64,000 nt of DNA from an uncultured Verrucomicrobiae bacterium (GCA_963735805.1 CAVTMK010000002.1:1568001-1632000); one strand, 5' to 3'. Counted from the first letter of the stretch, positions 19,219-30,294 are shown. A program made the numbers and translations. Notes: generated by a model from the letters alone, not told the origin.

Positions 19219-20637
19219 TTACGCAGAAACTGCGGGCCGTGCGTCGGCGGTGCGTCTCGAGCCGAGGGCAGCTTTGACGAAATTATTTCCGATCTCCCAC
19301 ATCGGTCCCGGGAATTTGCGGCATTCGGTAAGCACGTCGTCCAACGCGTTCACAAACATGTCGACCTCCTTTTCGCCAATGATAAGCGGCGGAAGAATTT
19401 TCATCACGTCCATGGCGTGACCTGCGACCTGGGTAAGGATGCGATGCTTGCTCAGCATTTGCGTCACGATCATTTGCGCGAAAAGCACCTTGTCGATCTT
19501 GTGCAACAGCTTCCACGCCATCTTCAATTTAAATTCATTCGGTTCATGAAATTCGATTCCGATCATCAGCCCCTTACCGCGCACTTCTTTGATGAATGAG
19601 TGTTTCGAGCGCAACGCATCCACTTTCCCCATCAAAAGCGCGCCTACCTTCGTGGAATTCTCAACTAACTTTTCGTCGTCGATTACTTCCAGTGCTGCGA
19701 GCCCGCATGCCATCGCCAGATTGTTTCGGCCAAACGTCGTCGAGTGAACGACGCAGCGATCCATGCGCGAAAAGGTTTTCTGGTATATGTCGCGTCGGGT
19801 CACGATCGCGCCACACGGCACATAGCCGCCGCTCAGCGTTTTTGCCAGCGTGATAATGTCTGGCTCCAGATTCCAATGTTGAAATCCAAACATTTTTCCG
19901 GTGCGACCAAGTCCTGTCTGCACTTCATCGGAGATCAACAACGTCCCGTATTTACGGCAGAGTTCCTGGGCGCGAATAAAGAAATCGGTCTTGGAAGTTT
20001 GACAGCCTTTTCCCTGGACCGTCTCAATTACCAAGGCCGCCACATCCCGCGAACGCAACTCCCGATCCAGCGCTTCGAAGTCATCGAGTGCTACACGTGC
20101 ATCAAATCCTTCCATTAGCGGCCCGAATCCTTCGGTGAAACTTTCGCACCCCATTAACGATAACGAACCAAGACTGAGTCCGTGAAATGCGCTCGCGAGC
20201 GAAACTGCTCGTTTACGTCCCGTGGCAGCGCGCGCAAACTTCAACGCGCCTTCCATCGCTTCAGTTCCTGAATTGCAGAAGAACACAGCGTTCAGATGCG
20301 CCGGGGTTCGTTTGGTCAATGCCTCAGCAAGCAACCCGCTCAAGAGCGAGCAATCCATTTGCACCATATTCGGCAAATCCAGATCGAGTACATCGCGAAT
20401 CGCTTGCTTTACCACAGGATGATTCCGTCCGATGTTGAAAACACTGTAGCCGCTCAGAAAATCCAGGTATGGCTGATTATCCATGTCATACAAGTATGCG
20501 CCCTCGGCTCGCGCATAGACCTTGTCGAACCCGATTACTCGCTGCGCTTGCACTAGCGTCGGGTTTATGTGGCGCTCATGCAGTTGGTAGTTCTCACCCA
20601 GCCGCGCCGCGATGAGTTCCTTCAGATCAAAAGCCAT
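19219..20637 (-). CDS. Class III aminotransferase, HpnO-like
   Basis: DEVQTGLGRTG, AKTLSGG, HSTTFG; N-terminus resembles hopanoid aminotransferase HpnO (from memory). Confidence 0.8.
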   Translation of the reverse strand: MAFDLKELIAARLGENYQLHERHINPTLVQAQRVIGFDKVYARAEGAYLYDMDNQPYLDFLSGYSVFNIGRNHPVVKQAIRDVLDLDLPNMVQMDCSLLSGLLAEALTKRTPAHLNAVFFCNSGTEAMEGALKFARAATGRKRAVSLASAFHGLSLGSLSLMGCESFTEGFGPLMEGFDARVALDDFEALDRELRSRDVAALVIETVQGKGCQTSKTDFFIRAQELCRKYGTLLISDEVQTGLGRTGKMFGFQHWNLEPDIITLAKTLSGGYVPCGAIVTRRDIYQKTFSRMDRCVVHSTTFGRNNLAMACGLAALEVIDDEKLVENSTKVGALLMGKVDALRSKHSFIKEVRGKGLMIGIEFHEPNEFKLKMAWKLLHKIDKVLFAQMIVTQMLSKHRILTQVAGHAMDVMKILPPLIIGEKEVDMFVNALDDVLTECRKFPGPMWEIGNNFVKAALGSRRTADARPAVSA

Positions 20638-20695
20638 CCCGTGACGTTCTGCGATTTGCGCTCGAAACGCAAATACGGCTGCGAGTCGGGGTAAT

Positions 20696-20731
20696 AAAAA
20701 GCCGCAGGATCATTTCGACCCTGCGGCTTTT
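20696..20731 (-). terminator. Intrinsic terminator
   Basis: Minus strand GCCGCAGGGUC-GAAAU-GAUCCUGCGGC followed by UUUUU. Confidence 0.85.
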
Positions 20732-20775
20732 GAATTCTTTATCAACCGATCCTTACTATGTCGTAGCTAAAAAGA

Positions 20776-21126
20776 TCAGTCTGAGTCTTCAACCACTACA
20801 CGCTCGACTACCCGCTGCCTCTCCGGTCCGGTATAGTAAACTCGCACCTTCTGCCCCGCTCGCAGCGGCGCAGTTACGATTTTGCCAGCACCGTCGACGA
20901 CGCGCGCGGCCGTGCCCAGAGCAAAGCTGACCGGGCCTTGCTCACCCTTGACGACAACAGTCTTGCCGGGCTCATATGTGCTTACCGTGCCGGCCGTGTA
21001 GGTTGTACTCGTTGTCTGTGTTGTCGTTGCCGGTTCTGTAGTTGTTTCTGTCGTTGTTGTGCTCGTCTGTGCAAACGCCAAAGGCGCAACTAACGCACAG
21101 CTAAGAGCAATGATCGTTCTCTTCAT
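20776..21126 (-). CDS. Small exported protein with Thr-rich linker
   Basis: Signal peptide AFA-Q, poly-Thr, small beta domain; upstream aagggag. Confidence 0.75.
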   Translation of the reverse strand: MKRTIIALSCALVAPLAFAQTSTTTTETTTEPATTTQTTSTTYTAGTVSTYEPGKTVVVKGEQGPVSFALGTAARVVDGAGKIVTAPLRAGQKVRVYYTGPERQRVVERVVVEDSD

Positions 21127-21264
21127 ATATGTAACTCCCTTGTTTATTTTTGATGTTTCTCCCGAACTTCATCGTCCGGGAGGTTGACAGGCGTCCCTGG
21201 ATTACGCCTGTCGGTTTTTCCTTGGACGGTTGCGGGCCGCCACTATTCGAAAGGCACAGGCTTA

Positions 21265-21636
21265 TCAATCCAGTACCACTATGTGATCAACCAGGCGCGC
21301 GTCCCCCATATTGGCATAAAACACAACCACGCGTGCGCCGGGTTTAATCGGACCACGAACGGGTCTGCCAAACTTATCATAGACAAGTCCGGGTCCGTAT
21401 GAGTCAAAACGCTCTGGATTTGAACTGTCTGTGCGGACAACCAGTGTTCCAGCAGGCTGATAGGTCGCCGCGCTGCCCTGTTGGGCCTCAATCACAGGCG
21501 CTGTTACTGTTACCCGTTCTGAAGTTGTGATTACAGGCCCTGTGCTGTAATACCTTCCGCGGTCCGATGTAATCTGCGCAAACGCCGGCGATGCCATGAG
21601 CATGCAGGCGAGAACAAGAATTGATTTTGTTACCAT
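21265..21636 (-). CDS. Small exported protein, paralog of 20776-21126
   Basis: Signal peptide AFA-Q; TYQPAGTLVV...PIKPGARVVVFY...LVDHIVV matches the neighbour. Confidence 0.7.
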   Translation of the reverse strand: MVTKSILVLACMLMASPAFAQITSDRGRYYSTGPVITTSERVTVTAPVIEAQQGSAATYQPAGTLVVRTDSSNPERFDSYGPGLVYDKFGRPVRGPIKPGARVVVFYANMGDARLVDHIVVLD

Positions 21637-21779
21637 TGTGTCTCCCTCTTGTTAATGCTGATACTCCAAGTTCGTAGTTCGAGGACCTGTCGGACGCTTT
21701 CAGAATCTCGTGATCTTGATGAAAATTCTCATTTGTGTGATTTGAGCGACCTTGTGGATTTGTTAACGTGAGTTTGCCG

Positions 21780-24128
21780 ATGACCAACCAGGTGCCGACT
21801 GCCGAGCCAGCAATCACCCCAGAACTCGTCAAACAACACGGTCTTACTTCGGAAGAATTTGAGCGCATTAAGACAATCCTCGGTCGCGAACCAAATTTTA
21901 CGGAACTGGGAATTTTTTCGGTAATGTGGAGTGAGCACTGCTCCTATAAGAACTCCAGGAAAGAACTAAAGAAGCTTCCGACGACCGGGCCGGGCATTCT
22001 GGTGAAAGCCGGCGAAGAAAATGCAGGTGTCGTGGATATCGGGGACGGTTGGGCAATAGCATTCAAGATGGAGAGCCATAACCATCCGAGCGCGATTGAG
22101 CCATTTCAGGGCGCTGCCACCGGTGTCGGCGGGATTATCCGTGATATCTTTACGATGGGTGCGCGACCCGAATTTTGCTTGAATTCTCTGCGGTTTGGAC
22201 CAATCGCCGCGAATTTCAAATCTGAAATTTCAAGTTCGCAGTTAGCCGTCAATCGGCGGTTGTTTACCGGCGTTGTCTCCGGCATCGCGCATTACGGAAA
22301 TTGCATTGGGATTCCGACAATTGGCGGTGAGATCTATTTCGATGAAAGTTTTGAGGGTAATCCGCTCGTAAATGTTTTTTGTCTTGGTGTCTTGCGTCAT
22401 AACCAGCTCGCGCGTGGCACAGCAACCGGTCTTGGTAATCCGGTCTTTTACGTCGGCGCCGAGACGGGGCGTGATGGACTCGCCGGGGCGGCATTCGCTT
22501 CGCGCGAATTGACCGAGCAATCGCGCGAGGATCGTCCGGCCGTCCAAGTCGGCGATCCGTTCAAGGAGAAACTTTTGCTCGAGGCCTGTCTTGAGCTTCT
22601 GAGTCATGATGCTGTCGCCGGCATCCAGGACATGGGTGCGGCGGGACTAACCTGCTCCACGTGTGAAACCGCCAGCCGCGCCGGAAGCGGTATCGAGATT
22701 GACCTTGCGAAAGTTCCCAAGCGCGAACCTGGAATGACGCCATATGAGATTTTGTTGAGCGAATCGCAGGAGCGGATGCTGATCATCGCACGACGCGGCA
22801 AGGAAAATCTCGTTCGCTCGATTTTCGAGAAATGGGATGTCCCGTGCGTCGAGATTGGCCATGTAACCGACGACGGCATGATGCGAGTGCGTGATAACGG
22901 AGCGATTGCCGCGGAGGTTCCCGCCAGGACGCTGGCGGACGAAGCGCCTCTTTATTCGCGGGAAGCAAAACCCGCTGTAGCGGGGAGCGATGACCACGCT
23001 CCGACGAATCTTCCTACTATCAGTGATTACGAAGCGCTTCGAAAACTGCTGCGTGACCCAACGATTGCATCGAAAAACTGGGTTTACCGTCAGTACGATC
23101 ACACAGTGCGCACCGGCACAATCGTGAAGCCCGGTTCGGACGCAGCCGTTTTCTTTGTCCGTTATGCAAACAAGATCCTGGCCGCGACCACTGACTGCAA
23201 TTCGCTCTATTGCGCACTGGATCCGCGCGAAGGCGCAAAGATTGCCGTAGCCGAAGCAGCGAGAAATCTCACCTGCTCCGGAGCACGTCCACTCGCTGTC
23301 ACCGACAACTTAAACTTCGGCAATCCCTACAAACCGGAAAATTTCTGGCAATTGCGTGAGGCAGTTGAAGGCATTGCCGAAGCATGTCGCGAGTTTGACA
23401 CGCCAATAACCGGAGGAAATGTTTCGTTATATAATGAGAGCCCGGCAGGTGTGGTAGATCCAACGCCGACGATCGGCATGGTTGGTTTGATCGAAAAGGA
23501 AGAGCACATCACCACCCAATGGTTCAAAGACGACGGGGACACTATTATTCTCGTTGGCGAAATGGCTGATGCTGACCGTCGGCGGGAAATGATTGGCCAA
23601 CATGAAAAAGAAGACGTCACCACCCTCGGCGGCTCCCGTTATCTCAAAGTCTGTCAGAATTTGAAACTTGGTCCGCCGCCGCGCATCGATCTCGGCCACG
23701 AAATCAAGATGCAAAACGCCGTGCGAGATTTAATTCGCGAAGCTCTGGTAAAAAGCGCCCATGATTGCAGCGAAGGTGGCCTTGCTGTCGCGATCGCTGA
23801 ATGTTGTTTCAATCCGGAAAGAAGTTTCGGGGCAGACATCGAGCTGAAAACGACCGACACATCTGTCGCTGTAACGCTGTTTAATGAATCGCAATCGAGG
23901 ATCGTTATTTCAGTCGCGCCCGAAAATTTGCAAAAGACAGTGTCAATCTTGCAGGAGCGGCAGATTCCGTTCCAGCAACTCGGTGAAGTTGGCGGCGACC
24001 AACTTCGCATTCGCGTCGACTCCGAAACACTCTGCTGGCCGATTACGGATCTGCATGACGATTGGTGGAATGCCATCCGCCGCACAGTGGAAAGCGATTC
24101 GGCAGCTGAGGGCATCCCAAGTTTGTGA
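21780..24128 (+). CDS. purL: Phosphoribosylformylglycinamidine synthase subunit PurL
   Basis: [37 protein letters not shown]. Confidence 0.97.
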   Translation: MTNQVPTAEPAITPELVKQHGLTSEEFERIKTILGREPNFTELGIFSVMWSEHCSYKNSRKELKKLPTTGPGILVKAGEENAGVVDIGDGWAIAFKMESHNHPSAIEPFQGAATGVGGIIRDIFTMGARPEFCLNSLRFGPIAANFKSEISSSQLAVNRRLFTGVVSGIAHYGNCIGIPTIGGEIYFDESFEGNPLVNVFCLGVLRHNQLARGTATGLGNPVFYVGAETGRDGLAGAAFASRELTEQSREDRPAVQVGDPFKEKLLLEACLELLSHDAVAGIQDMGAAGLTCSTCETASRAGSGIEIDLAKVPKREPGMTPYEILLSESQERMLIIARRGKENLVRSIFEKWDVPCVEIGHVTDDGMMRVRDNGAIAAEVPARTLADEAPLYSREAKPAVAGSDDHAPTNLPTISDYEALRKLLRDPTIASKNWVYRQYDHTVRTGTIVKPGSDAAVFFVRYANKILAATTDCNSLYCALDPREGAKIAVAEAARNLTCSGARPLAVTDNLNFGNPYKPENFWQLREAVEGIAEACREFDTPITGGNVSLYNESPAGVVDPTPTIGMVGLIEKEEHITTQWFKDDGDTIILVGEMADADRRREMIGQHEKEDVTTLGGSRYLKVCQNLKLGPPPRIDLGHEIKMQNAVRDLIREALVKSAHDCSEGGLAVAIAECCFNPERSFGADIELKTTDTSVAVTLFNESQSRIVISVAPENLQKTVSILQERQIPFQQLGEVGGDQLRIRVDSETLCWPITDLHDDWWNAIRRTVESDSAAEGIPSL

Positions 24129-24934
24129 AACGCGATATTAACGTCCTCTTCGAAGGAGCGATCCCCGAAAATTACGATCGTTACTTGGGGCCGATTTTGT
24201 TCGAGCCATTCGCAGACGATATCGCCGCGCGATTAAGAGAGACGCAACCTGCTAGTCTTTTGGAAATTGCCTGTGGATCGGGAATTCTCACTCGCCGACT
24301 TCGCGATACCTTCGCGAACACGCAGCTTGTGGCCACTGATCTCAACCCGGGAATGATTTCGCACGCGCAGCGCAAATTCCGGACAACAGAAAAAATTGAA
24401 TGGCGCGAGGCCGACGCCGCCGCATTGCCTTTTTCTGACAGTTTGTTCGATGCGGTGGTCTGTCAGTTTGGCTTGATGTTTGTTCCCGAAAAGCAATTAG
24501 CCATGCGCGAAGCGTATCGGGTTTTAAGGTCTGGTGGCGTATTCCTATTCAACGTTTGGGACTCGATGGAGCAAAATCGATTTGCTCAAATCGCTCACAC
24601 GACGATCGGTTCGTTTTTCAATGTCGATCCCCCAACCTTTTATGACATCCCGTTTAGCTTTTATGATCCCGCTTTGATTCGCGACATGCTCGAGCGAGCT
24701 GGATTCAAATCAATTGACAGATCGTCTGTCTCGTTTCCGTGCCGAAGCAAATCGGCAGCGGAATTCGCCATCGGCCTAATTCGAGGAAATCCTACGGCAA
24801 CCACAATTGAAGAACGCGGCGTCGATGTCGACATCGTAATAGAGGCCGTAGCACGAGAGCTCTCCAAACATGGCAGCGATCCATTTGCCGACAATAACTT
24901 GCGGGCGTTTGTATGGCGTGCTGTACATGAATGA
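24125..24934 (+). CDS. Class I SAM-dependent methyltransferase
   Basis: [24 protein letters not shown] overlap with the purL stop. Confidence 0.85.
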   Translation: MKRDINVLFEGAIPENYDRYLGPILFEPFADDIAARLRETQPASLLEIACGSGILTRRLRDTFANTQLVATDLNPGMISHAQRKFRTTEKIEWREADAAALPFSDSLFDAVVCQFGLMFVPEKQLAMREAYRVLRSGGVFLFNVWDSMEQNRFAQIAHTTIGSFFNVDPPTFYDIPFSFYDPALIRDMLERAGFKSIDRSSVSFPCRSKSAAEFAIGLIRGNPTATTIEERGVDVDIVIEAVARELSKHGSDPFADNNLRAFVWRAVHE

Positions 24935-25003
24935 GTGTTCCGCTATCCTAAGATCCCCCTACCCCCTGACAACGATTCATTGAACCGCGCGTAATTTGGT
25001 GAA

Positions 25004-26509
25004 TTGTTGAGTGTGATCTCTCCAGACAACATCGACATAATCGAGGCCGAGACCAATCCGTTCCCGGAGCATGAATGCGGGCTCTTCGCCGTGTTCGGCC
25101 ATCCGAACGCGCCGGTCTTGACTTACTACGGTCTGTTCGCGTTACAGCATCGTGGCCAGGAGAGCGCGGGGATCGTCACCAGCGATGGACCGAGCACCAC
25201 TTTCCTCCAGCACAAAGGCATGGGTTTGGTTTCCCAGGTGTTTGGCCAGGAAGAACTGGCCAGACTCAAGGGCACGCGGGCAATCGGACATACGCGCTAT
25301 TCGACGACTGGCACCAGCACCATCAAAAACGCGCAACCATTCGTGGTCGATTGTGTGCGTGGCCAAATGGCGATTGCGCACAATGGCAACTTAATTAATG
25401 CCGATCTTCTGCGAGACGAACTCGAGCGAAAAGGCTCCATTTTCCAAACCACCGCCGACAGCGAAATCATTTTACATCTGCTGGCGCAGCCATCGAAGAA
25501 CGGTGGAAATGTCCTCGCGGCATTGCGCCGGATTCAAGGGGCGTTTTCGCTCATTATCATGAGTGAACGGGAACTTATCGGGGTACGCGATCCGTTTGGC
25601 TGGCGCCCGCTCGCTCTCGGCAAGCTCGATGGCGCTTATATCCTGGCGTCTGAGACCTGCGCTCTTGACCTGATTCATGCAGAGTTCATCCGCGAAGTTG
25701 AGCCGGGCGAAGTGCTGATCATCGATGAAAACGGACTGCGCTCCGAAAGGCCTTTCCCGGATGAGCGGCCAGCATTTTGCATGTTTGAATACGTCTATTT
25801 CGCGCGACCGGACAGTATGATCGGCGGGGTCAATGTCGGCAAAGTCCGTATGGAAATGGGACGCGAACTGGCAAGAAAATTTCCGGTCGACGCAGATATC
25901 GTTGTCCCGGTACCCGACTCGGGAAACTATGCTGCTCTTGGCTTCGCACAGGAGCTAAACATTCCTTACGCCCATGCTTTTGTCCGTAATCACTATATTG
26001 GCCGCACATTTTTGCAGCCAAGCCAGCTCATCCGCGATTTTGATGTGCGGGTAAAGCTGAATTTGATTAAGGAAATGGTGGCCGGAAAACGTGTTGTCGT
26101 TGTGGACGACTCGATCGTGCGCGGAACGACTGCACGCGCGCGCGTCGTGAACTTGCGCGAAGCTGGCGCAAAAGAAGTGCACATGCGTGTAAGCTGTCCT
26201 CCCCACCGCTTTGCCTGTCACTATGGCATCGACTTTCCCGATCCGGAAAAATTGATCGCTAATCAGATGCCGATGGAAGAGATCTGCAAATACCTCGGCG
26301 TCGACAGCCTGGGTTACCTCGATGTGGAGGGCATGGTGCGGGCAACTGGAAGGCCGATCAGTAGTTTTTGCCTCGCTTGTTTCAACGGTGATTATCCCCT
26401 GCCCGTCGACCCCGCATTAGACAAGTTCATCATGGAAAAACGCGAGCAGCGCGCCAAAGCGCTCGCGGATCAGGAAAAACACCCGACGTTGTTCGCAGGT
26501 CTGAAATAG
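25004..26509 (+). CDS. purF: Amidophosphoribosyltransferase
   Basis: ECG, LQHRGQES, HNGN, VDDSIVRGTT. Confidence 0.96.
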   Translation: MLSVISPDNIDIIEAETNPFPEHECGLFAVFGHPNAPVLTYYGLFALQHRGQESAGIVTSDGPSTTFLQHKGMGLVSQVFGQEELARLKGTRAIGHTRYSTTGTSTIKNAQPFVVDCVRGQMAIAHNGNLINADLLRDELERKGSIFQTTADSEIILHLLAQPSKNGGNVLAALRRIQGAFSLIIMSERELIGVRDPFGWRPLALGKLDGAYILASETCALDLIHAEFIREVEPGEVLIIDENGLRSERPFPDERPAFCMFEYVYFARPDSMIGGVNVGKVRMEMGRELARKFPVDADIVVPVPDSGNYAALGFAQELNIPYAHAFVRNHYIGRTFLQPSQLIRDFDVRVKLNLIKEMVAGKRVVVVDDSIVRGTTARARVVNLREAGAKEVHMRVSCPPHRFACHYGIDFPDPEKLIANQMPMEEICKYLGVDSLGYLDVEGMVRATGRPISSFCLACFNGDYPLPVDPALDKFIMEKREQRAKALADQEKHPTLFAGLK

Positions 26510-26514
26510 TCGCT

Positions 26515-26593
26515 TGTCATTCCGGGCGCAGCCGAGAAATCTCTTGCTGTGAAGAGCAAAAACAGAGATGTCTCGACTTCGCTCGACATGACA
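26515..26593 (+). repeat. Palindromic TGTCAT...ATGACA element, copy 2
   Basis: tgtcattccgggcgcagccgagaaatctct ... agagatgtctcgacttcgctcgacatgaca. Confidence 0.85.
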
Positions 26594-27610
26594 AAGAAGC
26601 AAAAAGCTTACGCTCGTGCAGGCGTTGATGTCGATCTCGGCAATCGGCTAAAGAGCCGCATCCAATCACTCGTTAGGCGAACGCATGGACCGGGTGTGCT
26701 CGGCAAGATCGGTGGCTTCGGAGGTTTGTTTCGAGCGAACTTCCCTGGAATGCGTGAGCCGGTCCTGGTTGCAAGCATTGACGGGGTCGGGACGAAACTG
26801 AGAATCGCGTTTGCCGTTAACAAACATGATACCGTCGGCGCCGATCTCGTGAACCACTGTGTTAACGACATCGCGGTCCTGGGTGCGCGTCCGCTTTTTT
26901 TTCTGGATTACATTGGCTGCGGGAAGCTCGAACCCAGCGTCTTCCAACAACTACTGCGCGGCTTTTCGCGCGCTTGCCGATCGGCAGGTTGCGCCCTTAT
27001 CGGCGGCGAAACAGCGCAAATGCCCGGAATGTATCGCAAGGGAGAATATGATCTCGCTGGCTGCATCATTGGTATCGTGGACCGCGGCAATATTATCGAT
27101 GGCAGGAAAATTCGTCCTGGCGACGTAATTCTCGGACTGGAATCCAATGGCTTGCATACGAACGGTTACTCGCTGGCGCGAGAAATTCTATTACGTAAAA
27201 TGCATCTCAAGGTTAGTTCGCGCCTGCCTGGCTCTGCGATGACCGTTGGCGAGGAACTAATGCGTGTGCACAGGAGTTACAGGTCGCTTCTCGCAAAGAT
27301 TCCAAGCGGGATGATCAAAGGTCTTGCCCACATCACAGGTGGTGGGCTCATTGACAACCTGCCGCGAATTTTGCCTGGAAATTGTGACGCGGTTATCGAG
27401 ACGAAAAACTGGCGCGTCCCCCGCATCTTTCAGATCTTGCAGGAAAACGGGCATATCGATCTCCAGGAGATGTACCAGGTTTTCAACATGGGGATCGGAA
27501 TGGTCGCAGTGGTTTCGGAGGGCGCTGCCCGACGCGCTACGCCTGTGCTAAAAGCAAAACAAATCGGCCAGATCGTGCACGGCAATGGCAGGGTGCGTTT
27601 GAAGTTCTGA
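26588..27610 (+). CDS. purM: Phosphoribosylformylglycinamidine cyclo-ligase
   Basis: YARAGVD, DGVGTK, GGETAQMPG, HITGGG, FNMGIG. Confidence 0.95.
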   Translation: MTKKQKAYARAGVDVDLGNRLKSRIQSLVRRTHGPGVLGKIGGFGGLFRANFPGMREPVLVASIDGVGTKLRIAFAVNKHDTVGADLVNHCVNDIAVLGARPLFFLDYIGCGKLEPSVFQQLLRGFSRACRSAGCALIGGETAQMPGMYRKGEYDLAGCIIGIVDRGNIIDGRKIRPGDVILGLESNGLHTNGYSLAREILLRKMHLKVSSRLPGSAMTVGEELMRVHRSYRSLLAKIPSGMIKGLAHITGGGLIDNLPRILPGNCDAVIETKNWRVPRIFQILQENGHIDLQEMYQVFNMGIGMVAVVSEGAARRATPVLKAKQIGQIVHGNGRVRLKF

Positions 27611-27705
27611 CCAAAATTTGAACGAAAGATCAGGCACCGAACAACGCGTTGGGCACGTATAGAAATTCGAACGTGACGCCTGCAAAGCACTGACTCTCTC
27701 GTGCG

Positions 27706-30294
27706 CTACCCGGGCAGGTGCGGCGATCCGGCATCACTCGCGGTCGCTGCAATCACGGGTGTCGACGCCGGCGTAGCAGTTTTGCCTTTTCGCGTTACCC
27801 GCTGCAGAACGGCGCGCTGCGCTGCCAGGTCCACGAGTTCCGCTACCCGTGACTTCAGTACGCGCGCGCGTGTCCAGAGAAAGACCAGAAAGAGCAGGTA
27901 GGTAACAAGGAACCAAAGATCGACATGTGAAATGTTGAGCTGCCTATAGATCAACAGACTCAATATAATGAGATTAAGAATTATGGTTGTCGTAACAAAC
28001 CTGTTGCGAAGCCGAACACGGGTCAGGCACTTTCCGCCGCCGTGATACTCCGTGACGGTCTGAAGAGCGATGCTCCACCAAAAATTCCCATAGATTTGAA
28101 TGTCCCATTCATTCCATCCGCTGTCGGTGGAGTAACGCCAGCCTTCTTCATCGAGCAATTCGAAGATGGCACCGAGCAAATAGTGGCGGTCCCGACCTTG
28201 TTCGTTCCAAAAAACCCGGCGACTCAGACCGCCCAGAAACCGGCGTCGCTCCGGTAAATGTTCGTGCGCTCGAATCACGCTTCTCGGTGTGCGCTTGAAA
28301 TGCAGCCAGGTGAAATACCGGGAAAATCCTCGTACGAGCGGTTGAACAAAAGCTAGCAACATGACAAGCAACCGCGCACCTGCCGTATCGAATTTCGGCT
28401 CAATGGAAGCTCGCACCATATAGGAAAGAGCAACGCACAGAGTACCCCCGAGCATGAGATAAGGCACAATGCGCAGCGCCGGGAGAAAGATCCCAAGGCC
28501 AAAGAGAAAAATGGTCAGGGCAAACCACTCAATACTGCTTAAGTAGGCGGCTACGTCGGATTGGGGTGTGGGGTAAATCGATTGGAAAAAACCTTCGCCG
28601 AAAATTCCGTGATAGATCACCGGCCGGTTGACGAACCAGCTGAACCGCGGCGTTCCGTAAATCTGGCCGCGCCATTTTGCAGTGCCTGTTGGTCCGAAAA
28701 AGATCAAATGCTTAAAGCGCAGCAAAGACTCTGCTTCACCGTAACCGTCTTGCTGTTTTAAAAAAGCGCGGAGAGTAAAACGCCGATAGTGCCAGACGAT
28801 CGCCGTTGGACTGAACGCAATGACCCAACCGGCCTGCTGAATTCGCCAGCAAAAATCGACATCATCGCCTGCTTTGCGGTATTCGGTGTCAAAGCCGCCT
28901 ACGCTTTCAAACGCCCAGCGATAAAACGCCATGTTACACCCGGGAATGTGCTCGGCGACTACATCGGTAAGAAGCACATGACTCGGTCCGCCTGGCGCCG
29001 CCGCCACGCAGGCCTGAATCCAATTTTTCGCTGGCGGCGTCACGTTTGGGCCGCCTACTCCGGCATAACTGCCGCTCACCAGGGTGCCAATGAGATAATA
29101 GAGCCAATCTGCATCGACCATGCAGTCCGAATCGGTGTAGGCAAAGACTTCTCCCTTAGCTGCGCTGGCGCCGGTATTCCGAGCGTGGCTCAATCCCTGA
29201 TTACTTTGATGAATGTAGCGCACCCACGGGAATCGCGCCGCAATGTGAGATGTGTCGTCGGTCGATCCATCATCGACCAAAATGACTTCATACTCGGGAT
29301 AGCTGACCTTGCCTAACGACTCAAGGCAGGATGCAAGAGTAGAGCCACCGTTGTACGAACACACGATCACCGAAATGAACGGCGTCTTCGGCAAGGGACG
29401 ACGAGGCAAGGTGGAACTATCTCGCCCCAGTTTCTCTTCCAGCATGTAAAAGGCCTTCTTCGGTTGGCGCTCCCGCGTAACGACCCCAAATGCCCAATCG
29501 GTGACTTCCTGGCCGCCGGTAAACCATTCGTCCGTCCATGTAAAAAGAATGGTTCCAGCAAGACCGCATTTTACGACGCTATCGATATGCCAGCTGAGCA
29601 TTTCGGCTTGCTCGTCCTGTGAGTGCCGGATCGTGTCCATGCCGAATTCGCCCAGGATAAGCGGCCGCTCGCCGGTCAGATTTTGCAGTCGCAGCAGGTA
29701 GCCTTCGAAATCGCGCTGATTGTGAAGATAAACATTGAAGCAGCAAAAATCGGAATTCTGCGGTAGCAGATATTCGGTCGGCGGATAAGTGGCATAGGAA
29801 AAAAGAGCATCCGGATCGATGGCACGTCCGATCCGAATCAATTCTTCTACAAATTCAATTACCCGGCGCGCGCCGAGCCAGCGCGCCATCGTGCTGGAGA
29901 TCTCGTTGCCGACGAGATAACCAAGAATTGCGGGATGCCCAGGGTATTTACTCACCGAAACACGAACAGCTTCAGTAATCTGCCTGCGAACCGATCTTTC
30001 GCGCAGGAACTCAATATGTTTTTCCCACGGAAGAGTCACCAGCACACGCATCCCTTCTTTAGTGCACCGATCGAGAAACCAGGGTGGCGGCGCGTGATAA
30101 ATCCGCACAACGTTTAGACCGGCCTTTCGCATCAGGGCAAGATCGACGTCGACCTGCTCGGGCGCTCCGAGATAGTTGCCTTCGGCATCCGGCTTGAAAG
30201 GACCGTAGGTAACGCCTTTAACGAAAAACTTCTTGTCACCTTGCAAAAAGAATTTCGCCGCCGGGCGAATTCGTTGGTCTCCGGCCGTTGTCAT
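27706..30294 (-). CDS. Fusion of a clan GH-A (GH2-like) TIM barrel, a GT2 glycosyltransferase and membrane domains
   Basis: VGNE acid/base and LGEFG nucleophile motifs; VDDGSTD, TDSD, GDDVD GT2 motifs; C-terminal TM helices. Confidence 0.85.
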   Translation of the reverse strand: MTTAGDQRIRPAAKFFLQGDKKFFVKGVTYGPFKPDAEGNYLGAPEQVDVDLALMRKAGLNVVRIYHAPPPWFLDRCTKEGMRVLVTLPWEKHIEFLRERSVRRQITEAVRVSVSKYPGHPAILGYLVGNEISSTMARWLGARRVIEFVEELIRIGRAIDPDALFSYATYPPTEYLLPQNSDFCCFNVYLHNQRDFEGYLLRLQNLTGERPLILGEFGMDTIRHSQDEQAEMLSWHIDSVVKCGLAGTILFTWTDEWFTGGQEVTDWAFGVVTRERQPKKAFYMLEEKLGRDSSTLPRRPLPKTPFISVIVCSYNGGSTLASCLESLGKVSYPEYEVILVDDGSTDDTSHIAARFPWVRYIHQSNQGLSHARNTGASAAKGEVFAYTDSDCMVDADWLYYLIGTLVSGSYAGVGGPNVTPPAKNWIQACVAAAPGGPSHVLLTDVVAEHIPGCNMAFYRWAFESVGGFDTEYRKAGDDVDFCWRIQQAGWVIAFSPTAIVWHYRRFTLRAFLKQQDGYGEAESLLRFKHLIFFGPTGTAKWRGQIYGTPRFSWFVNRPVIYHGIFGEGFFQSIYPTPQSDVAAYLSSIEWFALTIFLFGLGIFLPALRIVPYLMLGGTLCVALSYMVRASIEPKFDTAGARLLVMLLAFVQPLVRGFSRYFTWLHFKRTPRSVIRAHEHLPERRRFLGGLSRRVFWNEQGRDRHYLLGAIFELLDEEGWRYSTDSGWNEWDIQIYGNFWWSIALQTVTEYHGGGKCLTRVRLRNRFVTTTIILNLIILSLLIYRQLNISHVDLWFLVTYLLFLVFLWTRARVLKSRVAELVDLAAQRAVLQRVTRKGKTATPASTPVIAATASDAGSPHLPG

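Noticed and set aside
20995..21070. gttgt-rich repeats as a CRISPR or DNA repeat
   Set aside because: Explained by poly-Thr codons of the minus-strand gene; no repeat-spacer structure.
16182..21700. Shared ECF-type promoter upstream of the secreted-protein genes
   Set aside because: Candidate AAC...TAA motifs were not consistent between the genes.
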